DNA from: a virus
Direction: 5' to 3' (one strand)
IMG/VR virus record: IMGVR_UViG_3300033148_008025
Location: 57,455 to 121,454 of that record
Length of the DNA: 64,000 nucleotides
In this document: positions 8,679 through 18,600 of the stretch, in pieces
Layout: each line of letters starts with the position of its first letter
Position numbering within the stretch: the stretch's first letter is position 1
The notes under the pieces: generated by a model
The model's database searches: none
Told to the model about the DNA's origin: nothing
What the model saw: the letters and a program-made list of their open reading frames with translations, nothing else
Made by a program: the position numbers and the translations under genes

Positions 8679-10742
8679 ATGGCACTCCCAGTAAAAGAAT
8701 TCATCATTGAAAGGCTTCTTGAGTTTGACTCATCCTTTGACACGGGGTCCGGTGTCCCGACAACCGGGCTACTCATTGAGCCGCTTTCTGTGATTTTGCA
8801 ACCAGTTATCGATGAGCTATCTGTAGTTCAGGCGAGTTCCTCGATCCTCACAATCCTTGAGTCTTCTGATCCCGACTCTTTCCCGGAAGACATTGTTGAC
8901 GGACTGGCATCAAATGCATTTGTCGACAGAAACCCAGGGGAGATTGGCTCCGATGTCATGCGAATTCGTTTTTTTGAGCCGCAGCAATTTGAGGCGCAAC
9001 AAGGGGTACTCATCTTCCGCGGCCCAAGCGGTCAACGGTTTACAAATTCCGAATCTTTCGTAGTGACCTCATCGGAGATGAGCCTGAACAAAGACGGGAG
9101 TCTCTACTTTGCAGACATTCCGATTGTCTCCCTCGAGGAGGGGGAGGACTTCAATGTCAGTTCTGGTGCAATCACTTCCATGGAGGCCGAACCAAGTGGA
9201 GTTGCAAACGTAACAAACCTGTTTGGAATATTAGACGGAAGAGATAGGGAAACAAACACGGAATTAATCGATCGTATCAAGGTCGCAGTAACCGTTAGGG
9301 CACTTGTTACCGGGCGCGGAATCATCGTCACCCTCACCGAGAATTTCTCCACAATTGAAGAGATTACTCCCGTAGGATTTGGCGACCCTGAGATGATGAG
9401 GGACATTGTTTACAACGTTCACATCGGTGGGAATTCCGACGTCTACGTGAAAACATCGAATTTCACATCAGGGTTCAAAGATTTTTTCGGAATAGAAGTT
9501 GATACTTCTAGGCAGAAATCCGGTTACGGAACAATCTCTCTCCCGCTCGACTCCGTTGGATACTTCCTTGGGAACTCCGGAATTGACAGGACGAACATCG
9601 CGCCAACTGTAAGGGCTATCGATGGGCTTGTTGCCTACGCAGAAACCACAGACTACATACTAGACGACACATCTGGAACTATTTTCAGAGTTCCAGCCGG
9701 GTCGATTTTTCATCGTGAGGGAATATCTGGAGTTGTAACCGACACCAAGACATTGACTCAGGTCGGTGAGTTTGCAAGTGCACGGAGAGGTATGATCTTG
9801 ACTATTGATACCCCGGCAACGGTGTCGGGGAGATACACGGTCAGGGAGTCTCCAGATGCTGACACTGTCATCATCTACGGGGAGTTCTCAGTGGGATCGG
9901 AGACTGGCGTAAACTGGAGTCTTGATGACAACCTTACCGTGTCCTACGAGTACAATCCTATCTCTATCGACATAGCTGAAGCTGCAAGGTCTGATGACCG
10001 TGAAATATTCACCATTACAGATATCCCGCTTATGTATGTTGAATCCGTAGAAGTACTTGATCCGCTGTCCGGAGAGCAGACAGGCGTAACCCTGGAACCG
10101 CTGGGTGGGTTTGGTGCAGGCGGGTTTGGAGTTGGGGGATTCGGGGTTGGCAGCGGAGCGGATTTCAAGCTTGTTGTTGTAGACCCAACCCTTCGCCACT
10201 CGTCGGAGGAAAGCAACTACATCGAGTTTGACGCTAGCTATGCTGGCTATGCACTTAGGTTGAACTACTTTTATGCTTCTGCGATTCCGCCGATCCAGGC
10301 ATTCATGGATGACAGGAACAATCAGAGTCAAACAGCATCGCTACTTGCTCGCCACCACATCCCAGTGTTTGTTGATACTCAGAAGACGATCAGCTACGAC
10401 ATCTCCGCATCGTCCGAAGCTACTGCGCTGAGCACGGAAGAGATGGTCTCGCTCATCAGCGACTATATTAACGACATCGACCAGGACGGAGACCTTGAAA
10501 TCTCCGACATCATTGATGTCATGTATGACAGCGGTGCAACCCGGGTTGACCTCGGTGCCATACAGGAAATGCGCGGGGAAATTCACAACCATGATGGCTC
10601 AATTGAATACACACTTCCTGACAGCACGGGAAGTATGGTTATTCCAGATAACGACATCGAAGACCCAACTGACAAACCACTGTCCCCGCGCATTGCTAGA
10701 TTTCGTTCTAGAACAATATCCCTTCAAAGGAACGTTGTATGA
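8679..10742 (+). CDS. Baseplate wedge protein, gpJ / T4 gp6-like
   Basis: 687 aa; G-x-R-F-x-x-x-E, G-x-x-F-N-V-x-x-G-A-I-T, NVTN...GRDRETNTELIDRI, GFGDPEMMRD motifs typical of baseplate J-like proteins. Confidence 0.8.
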   Translation: MALPVKEFIIERLLEFDSSFDTGSGVPTTGLLIEPLSVILQPVIDELSVVQASSSILTILESSDPDSFPEDIVDGLASNAFVDRNPGEIGSDVMRIRFFEPQQFEAQQGVLIFRGPSGQRFTNSESFVVTSSEMSLNKDGSLYFADIPIVSLEEGEDFNVSSGAITSMEAEPSGVANVTNLFGILDGRDRETNTELIDRIKVAVTVRALVTGRGIIVTLTENFSTIEEITPVGFGDPEMMRDIVYNVHIGGNSDVYVKTSNFTSGFKDFFGIEVDTSRQKSGYGTISLPLDSVGYFLGNSGIDRTNIAPTVRAIDGLVAYAETTDYILDDTSGTIFRVPAGSIFHREGISGVVTDTKTLTQVGEFASARRGMILTIDTPATVSGRYTVRESPDADTVIIYGEFSVGSETGVNWSLDDNLTVSYEYNPISIDIAEAARSDDREIFTITDIPLMYVESVEVLDPLSGEQTGVTLEPLGGFGAGGFGVGGFGVGSGADFKLVVVDPTLRHSSEESNYIEFDASYAGYALRLNYFYASAIPPIQAFMDDRNNQSQTASLLARHHIPVFVDTQKTISYDISASSEATALSTEEMVSLISDYINDIDQDGDLEISDIIDVMYDSGATRVDLGAIQEMRGEIHNHDGSIEYTLPDSTGSMVIPDNDIEDPTDKPLSPRIARFRSRTISLQRNVV

Positions 10743-11041
10743 ATATGGTTAGCTTTGTTGATGAACTGATAAGGGTTGGAGTCAGCAAGGCTCTAGCAAA
10801 ACATGCTTCCTTCGTTGGAGCAGAGCCGCACGAAGGGCTCGTTGGGAGCAGTGCGTATGCTGAAGACAACGTTCTTGTTCCAAGCGACGTAGCAACTAGG
10901 ATTCCTAGAACAGCAAGCCTTCCATCAAGCATTGCAGTTGGTAGGTTGGGTGAAATTAGTCCCGCAAATGATCCGATAGATAACAGAACAGAGGGGGGAC
11001 GACGTGAGTGTCTCTTCTGCCTTCCTTTGGCGATTTCTTGA
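10739..11041 (+). CDS. Small protein bearing the N-terminal SFVDEL...KHAS tag motif
   Basis: 100 aa; ATGA overlap with the upstream stop; fills the gap between two baseplate genes. Confidence 0.65.
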   Translation: MNMVSFVDELIRVGVSKALAKHASFVGAEPHEGLVGSSAYAEDNVLVPSDVATRIPRTASLPSSIAVGRLGEISPANDPIDNRTEGGRRECLFCLPLAIS

Positions 11042-13406
11042 CGATGTATGGGACCTTCTTCCAACCAAAGACAGGAGCCTGTTTGAAAGCTACTGGTCCG
11101 GACTAATCCAGGTTGCATCAGACTTGGAGCAGAAAACCATTGAGGCCGGGCTTTCAAACGAGATTTCCACTGTTCCCGTGTTCCTTACGGATAGATGGAA
11201 TCGATACTCGATGGATGAGGAGAACACTGACACGTTTGACGCGTCTGACAGTCTTACACTTCTGGGGAGCACCCTATCTAGGATGTCAAAGGAAGCTGGT
11301 TTTTACGACACACTGAAAGTTTCACTTCCATCAGGGCAGATTGCACACGAAGAAACAATGCAATTCTTCGATCAGTCTGTCCGGCATCTTCGATACGGGA
11401 AGATTGTGAAAGGAACGATCTCCATCGTCTCTGGCGATTTCGAATATACCCAAAACAGGGACTATGCAATTAACGTTGCCGATGGGTCTATCCAGACCAT
11501 CAACTCGGGACGGATTCCGATTGATGACATCGTCACAATCCGATACCTCCACGAGGAATACACTCGAGGGCTTGACTACGAAATTGACGAGCTTAACTCT
11601 GGAGTCTACCGAACAGCCAGTACGGTCATTCCTGACGGAAAGGTAGTGACAGCAAGCTACTCATACAACAGCACAGCTACGCTTCCGTTGGAAGGTTCTT
11701 CCGCTTCCATCAAGGGCGCTGAACTCACGGACCTGTCGAAGGACTTCAGTACACTTCTTCCAAGCAGAACTCTTACCATTTCCAGTGGGCCAAACTCCGG
11801 AGAGTACTCGGTCAATTCAGTTCTCAGTACCAACAAGATACAGATTTCAACGTCGTTTCCCGTAGACCAAGAAACGGATGTAGTCTATTCGATCAACGCA
11901 TTTCCGTATGGCCTGAAAATTGACAAGCAAGTCGTATCTATTCCACTCATTCAAGACAGAGTAGATCTCCCGTCATCCGTGATGGTAGAGGGCATTGATT
12001 ACGTTTTGCGCGACGGAATTTTTTCGTGCAGAACCGCATTCAGAATAAGTGAACTTGGATCTGAGAGTACTCGGACCAGGCAAATGTGGGCCGAGGTCAC
12101 AAAGGTCGACAAGGAAACGCCGTATAGGAACTTCGGTGTACTCATAGACTTCTACCGAAAAAACTCAGACAGCTACAAGCTGGCACTGCAGGGGCTCTGG
12201 TACACGTTCTGGACCGGTTCCACGCCTGGAAACCTCGAGAGAGGGTTGCACATCCTCCTGGGCCTACCATTTGCCAGGAAAGCGGGGACGGTTACCAGGG
12301 TGGACTCAACGGCTGGGATTATCGAGATCACAGATGGGCGAGGTCAGATCATTACCTATACGATTCCGTCTGAGTTGGAGGCCGAGGTCTCGCGCGGCGA
12401 CGAAGTTTTCAGGTTCCAGCAACTAACAACTGGGGTTGAAATAGTAGACAGGAACAACTATCCAGGATTTGTTTCAAGCCATATCGGACGAGCAGGAATC
12501 CAGCGTTTTTTAACTGACAACGCAACCAGGGGGAGCGGCAGCTCTGACGAGACAAGAGCTTTGACGCTGCTTGAAAACCACCTACTGCTTCCCCAGGTAC
12601 TCGCCTCCGCAGTAACGGAAAGGGTTAACGTTTCTGAACTCACAACGTTCCTGGACAACATGAAACCCAGCTGGACTGAGTATGTGTTTTCATTCGCAGT
12701 TGAAGAGGATGAGTCTCTTCTCGCAGAAGAGGACCTCGGCCCTGTTGAGCCGGCGCTCAACCTGACAACGACAATTTCCAACAATGAGTGGAACCAGTCC
12801 TACGGGAATGGCAATTTCTCTGTTGAAAGCTCAACGGGGAAAACAATTGGAATTGGCAGCATCGCAGCCGGCAACTTTAGCGATATCTCTGGCAACTTTA
12901 TCGCAAACAATGTCAAGCCTGGGGATTTCCTTCAGATTTTCAACCAAACATTCAAGGGCTATCACCGAGTAATCGAAGTTTTCAGTCTCAACCTGCTGTC
13001 GATTGACATACCAGATTCCGACCTGGCTGAGGAGTTCTCACTTTCGTATGTCATCATCCCGAAGGAGCGTGCCGGTCTAAACCATGATTCGGTGTGCCTT
13101 GCCAGGGAGAACATAATCATGAATGGGTCAGCTTATTCAACCCCGGCTACACTGAATACAAAAACAGACATAGACTTTTCTGAGACATCTATCGAGGATG
13201 ACGATGTTCTCTCATTACTTCTGGTCGACATCGGGATCACTGGTGACGAGGTCCAGGTCATAACGGCTGCAGATGTCATCAGCCAGGAGTTTTCCGTCGG
13301 GACACCCCCTGCGGCACCTATCTCAAGAGATCACCAACTTGCCTCAACAGTGCTGAAGAGAACAGATAATAGCGGCCCAACCGTCACAGATGCGTTCGCT
13401 ATCTAA
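11004..13406 (+). CDS. Baseplate wedge protein (gp7 / gpI-like)
   Basis: 800 aa following the J-like gene; YKLALQGLW...LERGLHILLGLPFA and FLDNMKPSWTEY motifs resemble wedge/tail-formation proteins. Confidence 0.6.
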   Translation: MSVSSAFLWRFLDDVWDLLPTKDRSLFESYWSGLIQVASDLEQKTIEAGLSNEISTVPVFLTDRWNRYSMDEENTDTFDASDSLTLLGSTLSRMSKEAGFYDTLKVSLPSGQIAHEETMQFFDQSVRHLRYGKIVKGTISIVSGDFEYTQNRDYAINVADGSIQTINSGRIPIDDIVTIRYLHEEYTRGLDYEIDELNSGVYRTASTVIPDGKVVTASYSYNSTATLPLEGSSASIKGAELTDLSKDFSTLLPSRTLTISSGPNSGEYSVNSVLSTNKIQISTSFPVDQETDVVYSINAFPYGLKIDKQVVSIPLIQDRVDLPSSVMVEGIDYVLRDGIFSCRTAFRISELGSESTRTRQMWAEVTKVDKETPYRNFGVLIDFYRKNSDSYKLALQGLWYTFWTGSTPGNLERGLHILLGLPFARKAGTVTRVDSTAGIIEITDGRGQIITYTIPSELEAEVSRGDEVFRFQQLTTGVEIVDRNNYPGFVSSHIGRAGIQRFLTDNATRGSGSSDETRALTLLENHLLLPQVLASAVTERVNVSELTTFLDNMKPSWTEYVFSFAVEEDESLLAEEDLGPVEPALNLTTTISNNEWNQSYGNGNFSVESSTGKTIGIGSIAAGNFSDISGNFIANNVKPGDFLQIFNQTFKGYHRVIEVFSLNLLSIDIPDSDLAEEFSLSYVIIPKERAGLNHDSVCLARENIIMNGSAYSTPATLNTKTDIDFSETSIEDDDVLSLLLVDIGITGDEVQVITAADVISQEFSVGTPPAAPISRDHQLASTVLKRTDNSGPTVTDAFAI

Positions 13407-13415
13407 ATCAACAGA

Positions 13416-13445
13416 TTGACGACCTGCCATCGGTCAAACTAGAAT
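13416..13445 (+). promoter_or_regulatory. Sigma70-like promoter TTGACG-N18-TAGAAT
   Basis: Sits in a 51-nt intergenic gap; GAGGAG RBS follows at 13448-13453. Confidence 0.5.
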
Positions 13446-13457
13446 CCGAGGAGAATC

Positions 13458-14096
13458 ATGCGCTTGCCCAAATTTCTTAGGTTCCTGGAGCCACAGCAAC
13501 CATCTCAGCCAGAGAGAGACAAACTCGGGGTTGCCGGACACATCACAGTCGAACGACGAGCTGGCAGTGGACCAAGTGAGGTTGTTGTTGACCAAAAAAA
13601 CTTCATTGTCGATGGCGGGCTGACAGGTGTTCGAGACCTGCTTGCAGGAGTAAACGGCGGAGGGTTCGCTGGGTCTATTTTCAGAATGGCAATTGGGGAT
13701 GGAGGCGTTCCCGCGGGAGAGCTATTCAACCCCAAACTCCCAGATTCAACCTGGCCGACTAGGACGGAGCTTTATCACGAAGTCCTAAGACATGATATTT
13801 CCGTTTTCTCCACTCCGACTGACACGTCGATTCGATTCGTTGGAAGCTTCAACTCGTCAGTAATCGACGACACCAGCTACGACCTGGCCGACAGGGTCAT
13901 CAATGAAGCATCACTCATCATCGGTGATGGAATCCTAACGATCGGTGGAGACCCGAAGCAGGTCAACAAGGATACGCCAGACGTTGTAGATGCCGACGAG
14001 CTCATGTTTTCAACAAGAACATTCAAATCTGTATCGTTCGACTCCCTGGAAGATGTCACAGTGACAATCACATGGACAATTACGATTAAATCGTAA
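13458..14096 (+). CDS. Tail-fibre attachment / collar-like baseplate protein
   Basis: 212 aa; KNFIVDGG...LLAG...RMAIGDGG and INEASL...MFSTRTF pattern seen in fibre-attachment proteins. Confidence 0.55.
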   Translation: MRLPKFLRFLEPQQPSQPERDKLGVAGHITVERRAGSGPSEVVVDQKNFIVDGGLTGVRDLLAGVNGGGFAGSIFRMAIGDGGVPAGELFNPKLPDSTWPTRTELYHEVLRHDISVFSTPTDTSIRFVGSFNSSVIDDTSYDLADRVINEASLIIGDGILTIGGDPKQVNKDTPDVVDADELMFSTRTFKSVSFDSLEDVTVTITWTITIKS

Positions 14097-14108
14097 CGGA
14101 GAATCTGC

Positions 14109-15644
14109 ATGCCAAAGCAAACATCATTCCTCAGCCTAATCCTTCCAGAAAAAAACGAGTTCGTTGACAGCTGGAATGATCCAGTTAACCAGAATTCCGA
14201 AGACATCGACTCCTGGATCGAAGACCTTTATGATTCCCTCGTTGGAACATCCTCGACTTCGACCTGGTCTTCCCTTCGAGGGAGCCATGGCAGCCTTGCT
14301 GCACGGCTAAATGTATCCATCAACAGCGATGGAACAATCAACGTTTCAAGCTCCCCAGACATACTTGATATGTCAACATCCGAGGTACGAGGGCAATTTA
14401 GCGGACCTCGAGACCGGCTGAATGACAGCGATCATCAAATGTTTGATGCTCGACAACCAGTCGCTGACGGTCGGTTTTCGCCAATGGCATCGGGCGGCCC
14501 TTCCGCAGGTTTCCCAGGGGAAGACCTTGATGCTGGAATGGCCCTACGCTCTGCCGACTTCGGCGCTTCCTCTGATTCCCCGCTCGGATCCCCGATGATG
14601 CCATCAGCTCCTGGCCTCGTCAGGGGTGGGGCCTCCAGTCTGATTACTGGCACAGCCGAACATCAAGTCACGTTTCATGCTGACACTACACCCGCAATCT
14701 TCAATATCGACGGATACATTTTCAGGATACGCGAGCAAATCCAACTAGACTACGCACTTTTATCTCCCGCCGCTGGCAACTACGTTTGGATTTTCGCAGA
14801 AAGAAATGATGCATCCTACGGAACATCTAGCTATCGATATAGCCAGGATGGTGGGTTCGCATCAAAAGATCTTCGTCGACGTCAGGAGGGAAGCGATGGT
14901 CTTACCTCTGGCTCGGTGTTCACGTCATCGTCGGCAAAGTTCACAACTGCAATTCTTGGCAAGGTAAAAGAGGGGGATACTCTCGTAATCGAAGGCGGCG
15001 ATGCTGCCGGAAGCTACGTGATTAACGCAATCGACCTGACCAGCACAGATACTAAGCTGACGGTCAAAGGAATCTTCAAGGCAGATTTGAGCGGTCTGTC
15101 TTGGCATGTACTCGACAATGCAATTCCAAATATTGGTGCTGTCGTTACCGACTCAGATCCAACTACGGAGCCACCGTTTGTTGCCGGTAGAGTCTACATT
15201 GGTCGAGCACTACACGTCGTTTCTTCCCCGCCAGACCCTGTTGTTCCGTTTGCCGACTGTGGTGTTTTTGACTCTGGCTGGCAAGCGGTTACTGCTGCAG
15301 GTATCGCTGCAAGCGGTGCTTCATACGACCATAACCTTGGGGCAATTCCAAGCAGTGTTGAAATTCAGTTTCGAGTAGATCCACAGAGCGATGCATACGA
15401 GCCGATAGTACGAAGAACTTTCGTTACAAACGTAACAGGGCTGACTGACGGAGATGCTGCAGTTGGAAGTATTTCAAACGCAGTGGTTTACATCCCGTCT
15501 ACTCAGTGGAAGTCATCGAATACAACGTTAGTCGTTTCACTCAAAAACTCATTTACCGACCCGTCGGTTGCGGAAGCGCTTTTTACCGATATTTCTGGCG
15601 CAGACCAAATAAGCGGGGAGATGCGCGTCATAGCGCGGAGATAG
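14109..15644 (+). CDS. Tail fibre / baseplate-associated protein
   Basis: 511 aa; N-terminal L-x-L-P...DSWNDPVNQN..IDSW motif; C-terminal DSGW...YDHNLGAIP motif common in fibre proteins. Confidence 0.6.
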   Translation: MPKQTSFLSLILPEKNEFVDSWNDPVNQNSEDIDSWIEDLYDSLVGTSSTSTWSSLRGSHGSLAARLNVSINSDGTINVSSSPDILDMSTSEVRGQFSGPRDRLNDSDHQMFDARQPVADGRFSPMASGGPSAGFPGEDLDAGMALRSADFGASSDSPLGSPMMPSAPGLVRGGASSLITGTAEHQVTFHADTTPAIFNIDGYIFRIREQIQLDYALLSPAAGNYVWIFAERNDASYGTSSYRYSQDGGFASKDLRRRQEGSDGLTSGSVFTSSSAKFTTAILGKVKEGDTLVIEGGDAAGSYVINAIDLTSTDTKLTVKGIFKADLSGLSWHVLDNAIPNIGAVVTDSDPTTEPPFVAGRVYIGRALHVVSSPPDPVVPFADCGVFDSGWQAVTAAGIAASGASYDHNLGAIPSSVEIQFRVDPQSDAYEPIVRRTFVTNVTGLTDGDAAVGSISNAVVYIPSTQWKSSNTTLVVSLKNSFTDPSVAEALFTDISGADQISGEMRVIARR

Positions 15645-15647
15645 TTC

Positions 15648-18600
15648 ATGGCAACGCAGGTAACAACAGCATCCAGCAAGACTGTTTCGTTCAAGTCTCC
15701 GTATACGGGATCTACGTTTCAGAAACTGGTAGAGGAACTGCTCGGTCAGGATGGATATCTTTCGGGAGGCCTGACATCCGACAACGGAGCAACAATCACC
15801 GTCGAAGCGTTTAAGTTTGTTTCTAGGGGGATCATAGGTGAATCCCTTGCAAGCTCGGCATTGGACGTTCCGACATCCTCTGAGAATTGGTACATCGTCG
15901 CTTCACTTCCAGACGATGATCCGGACTCCGGTATTGTCGTGTGGGTCACCACCAGTAGAGCCGCTGCTGCAAATGGCGTAGTTATAGCCACCAAAACTGG
16001 TGATGTCTGGAGGAACCCAGACGGCGTTGATATCAAGGCTGCGCTAGAACGTCCCACTGAGCCTGGGCCAGAATCCGGATTCACAGGAACATATCGAAAC
16101 ACCGGGGACGTTTACGACTCAGCGGATGGAACAACAGTTGTAGATCTAATTATGGCCAACAGAGGTTTGGCCGTTCACCCGCTTGGGGGGCGAAGGGTTA
16201 CAGATCCTATCGCAGGGGAAAGTGCACGACACCTAGAGTCATCTCCTGTCCCCGCTTCAATTATTGGCAATCGATCTGATCGCATTGTTCTCCGACAGAG
16301 AGAGGCGTTTTCGTCGGAGGTTGCTTATCTCGTTGGAGGGATGAGCAATGAAATCAACCAGACGATTACCGCACTTGGAACTGGTGATGGACATTCTCAT
16401 TGGCACGGGGAATCGAGTGGTGCACTTGCCGATCAGTGGATGGTCTGGGGCGACGGGTCTGACTTACACAACTACGGTCCATTTGGAAACCTAACGCTAC
16501 TTACCGGTGGAGCAACAATCGGTGAAGTAAAAATCCTAGGGCAACGCGATTCCGACGGAGCCCTTATCGTTGTCTATATCGACGGATCAGATCTCAGGAT
16601 GGTTTCATTCCATCCAACTACTGGTGCAATCGTAAATGCATCAATTGCACTAGAGGCACTTGGAAGTGTGGTTTTGAGGTTTGATGCGACGCTGGATCAG
16701 GAAGAAAAAGTTCGAGTAGTATTTGAATACGACGATGGAACATCGCCCAGTCAACAGATTTACTACGGGAAATTCAATACAGCGACAGCTTCATTCGGCG
16801 TAGCTGAAAGAACCCCTAGATATCTTGAACTGGCAAACAGCGGTTTCAATGATACCAAGCCAGAAATTCAAATATGTAGGAATGGGATTTCACACATTGT
16901 TTTCATTCGCGGAGTTGGCACTGACGAATTTGGCAGTATGCGCTATGTTCGCCTCGACCAGAACGATAATGTTTTAGATGGTCGAACGTACTCCGCTGCC
17001 ACAGAGGTTGGTACGCCAGATTCCCAGGTTGAGGTTGGCATCGGCCCGGAGGCCTACGACGACTTCGAACTGCTTTCACTTACCGTTACTCCACATGATG
17101 AGGTTTTTGCTGCTGTAGGCGTGCGACCAGTCGGCCAAACATCCCCACAAGGGCTCTTGCTATTCAGTCCAGACCTTGAAGATCGGACGGGGTATCCGTT
17201 TGTAACGATTCCCCAGTCAAGCGGTGCAGTAGAACGAGACTCTATCGGAATCACGCATGGTGACGGTGGGGAACTCTACGTATCGTCGATGCTCACTACT
17301 GATAAGATCCTGACAACCCATATCAGCCCGAAGCCGGGAATCAGTGGGGTGGCCGACTTCATTGTCGGGGAATCAAGCGGTGGCGAAGACTCTGTTGCTA
17401 ACACGTCGATTGGAATGCTTACCGTTGGATTTGGCCCAACAGGAGAGCTTATTTACGTCTACGACAAGGGAGCCAACGGGATCACAAGAGATCGACGATC
17501 GGCTATAGCCAATGTTGTCCCGAGCCTCCATCCAAACGATGTTCTGCTTCAGACGGTAAGTATCGAGCAAAGTGCTGTTGGAGCAGTAACGGAGGGGTCG
17601 GTTGAGGTTCTGCAATCTCGACAAAAAGGAACAAAGCTGCCGGTCGTCATTGGACAAGAAGGTGACTACCAGGGATACGGTTCACTGGAAAGCGCACTTG
17701 CTGCACTCAGTGAAAGCGGAGGGGGGCAGGCCATTCTTCGCGGAGGCGTACATAAAACCAATGCAGCAACCCTCGAGGTCCCGGCCAACGTCTCGCTGTC
17801 TGGGCAGCCTGGAGCCGTCGTGGATGGCTCTATCAGCGTCAAGGGGTTGGGGGTGGGAGCTGTCACTATGTTTGGCAGCGTTATGGAAAGTGCTACAGAC
17901 TTTTCCGCCTACGCCAATCCCGGTGGATGGGTCTTCCTAAGCGGAACCGGTGGGACCGGATGGCACAGGATCAGGAAGGTTCTTCGCAACCCAGCAACCG
18001 GATCCAGGGCATTGCTTGATGATGGTATTGGAGGTGTAACTCCTGTTGGAACGATTGCAGAGATTGTTGCTTCGAACATCTCTCTTGAGAACATTGCAAT
18101 CCTTGGAAACCTCACAGTTGACAGATGTAGGCAGTGCGTCTTCCGCAACATATCGCTGATATCTGACACAGCGGTGATTAGCAGCAACCTTACTTACCAG
18201 TCGCTGTTTGACAACGTCGACCTAACGCAGGCCGCTGCGAGTGGCAGTGCTCTTGTTGCTAGTAACGGTGAATACAACACCTACCAAGGCATTAGACTTT
18301 CGGACACTCGAGGACTTATTGAGATTGCCGACAGCGAACAGCACCCAACGCTGATTGCTTGCAAGGGCGACGAGTCAAATTCCGCACTCGCCATCTACGA
18401 CCTGACTGGAACCAGGACAACGCCAGCAAAGGTGATTGGATGCGAGGGGCGCTTTGCAGCAACAAACCTTGATTGGATTGTGTCCAATATTGGAAGTGTC
18501 GTTCGCTCCGGCGAAGGGCTGGGGGCCATGAGGCTTGAGGATGACGGAACCAGAGCCGCGGGTGGTGATGGTGCCATATCTCTCACGGGCGTTAGCGGAA

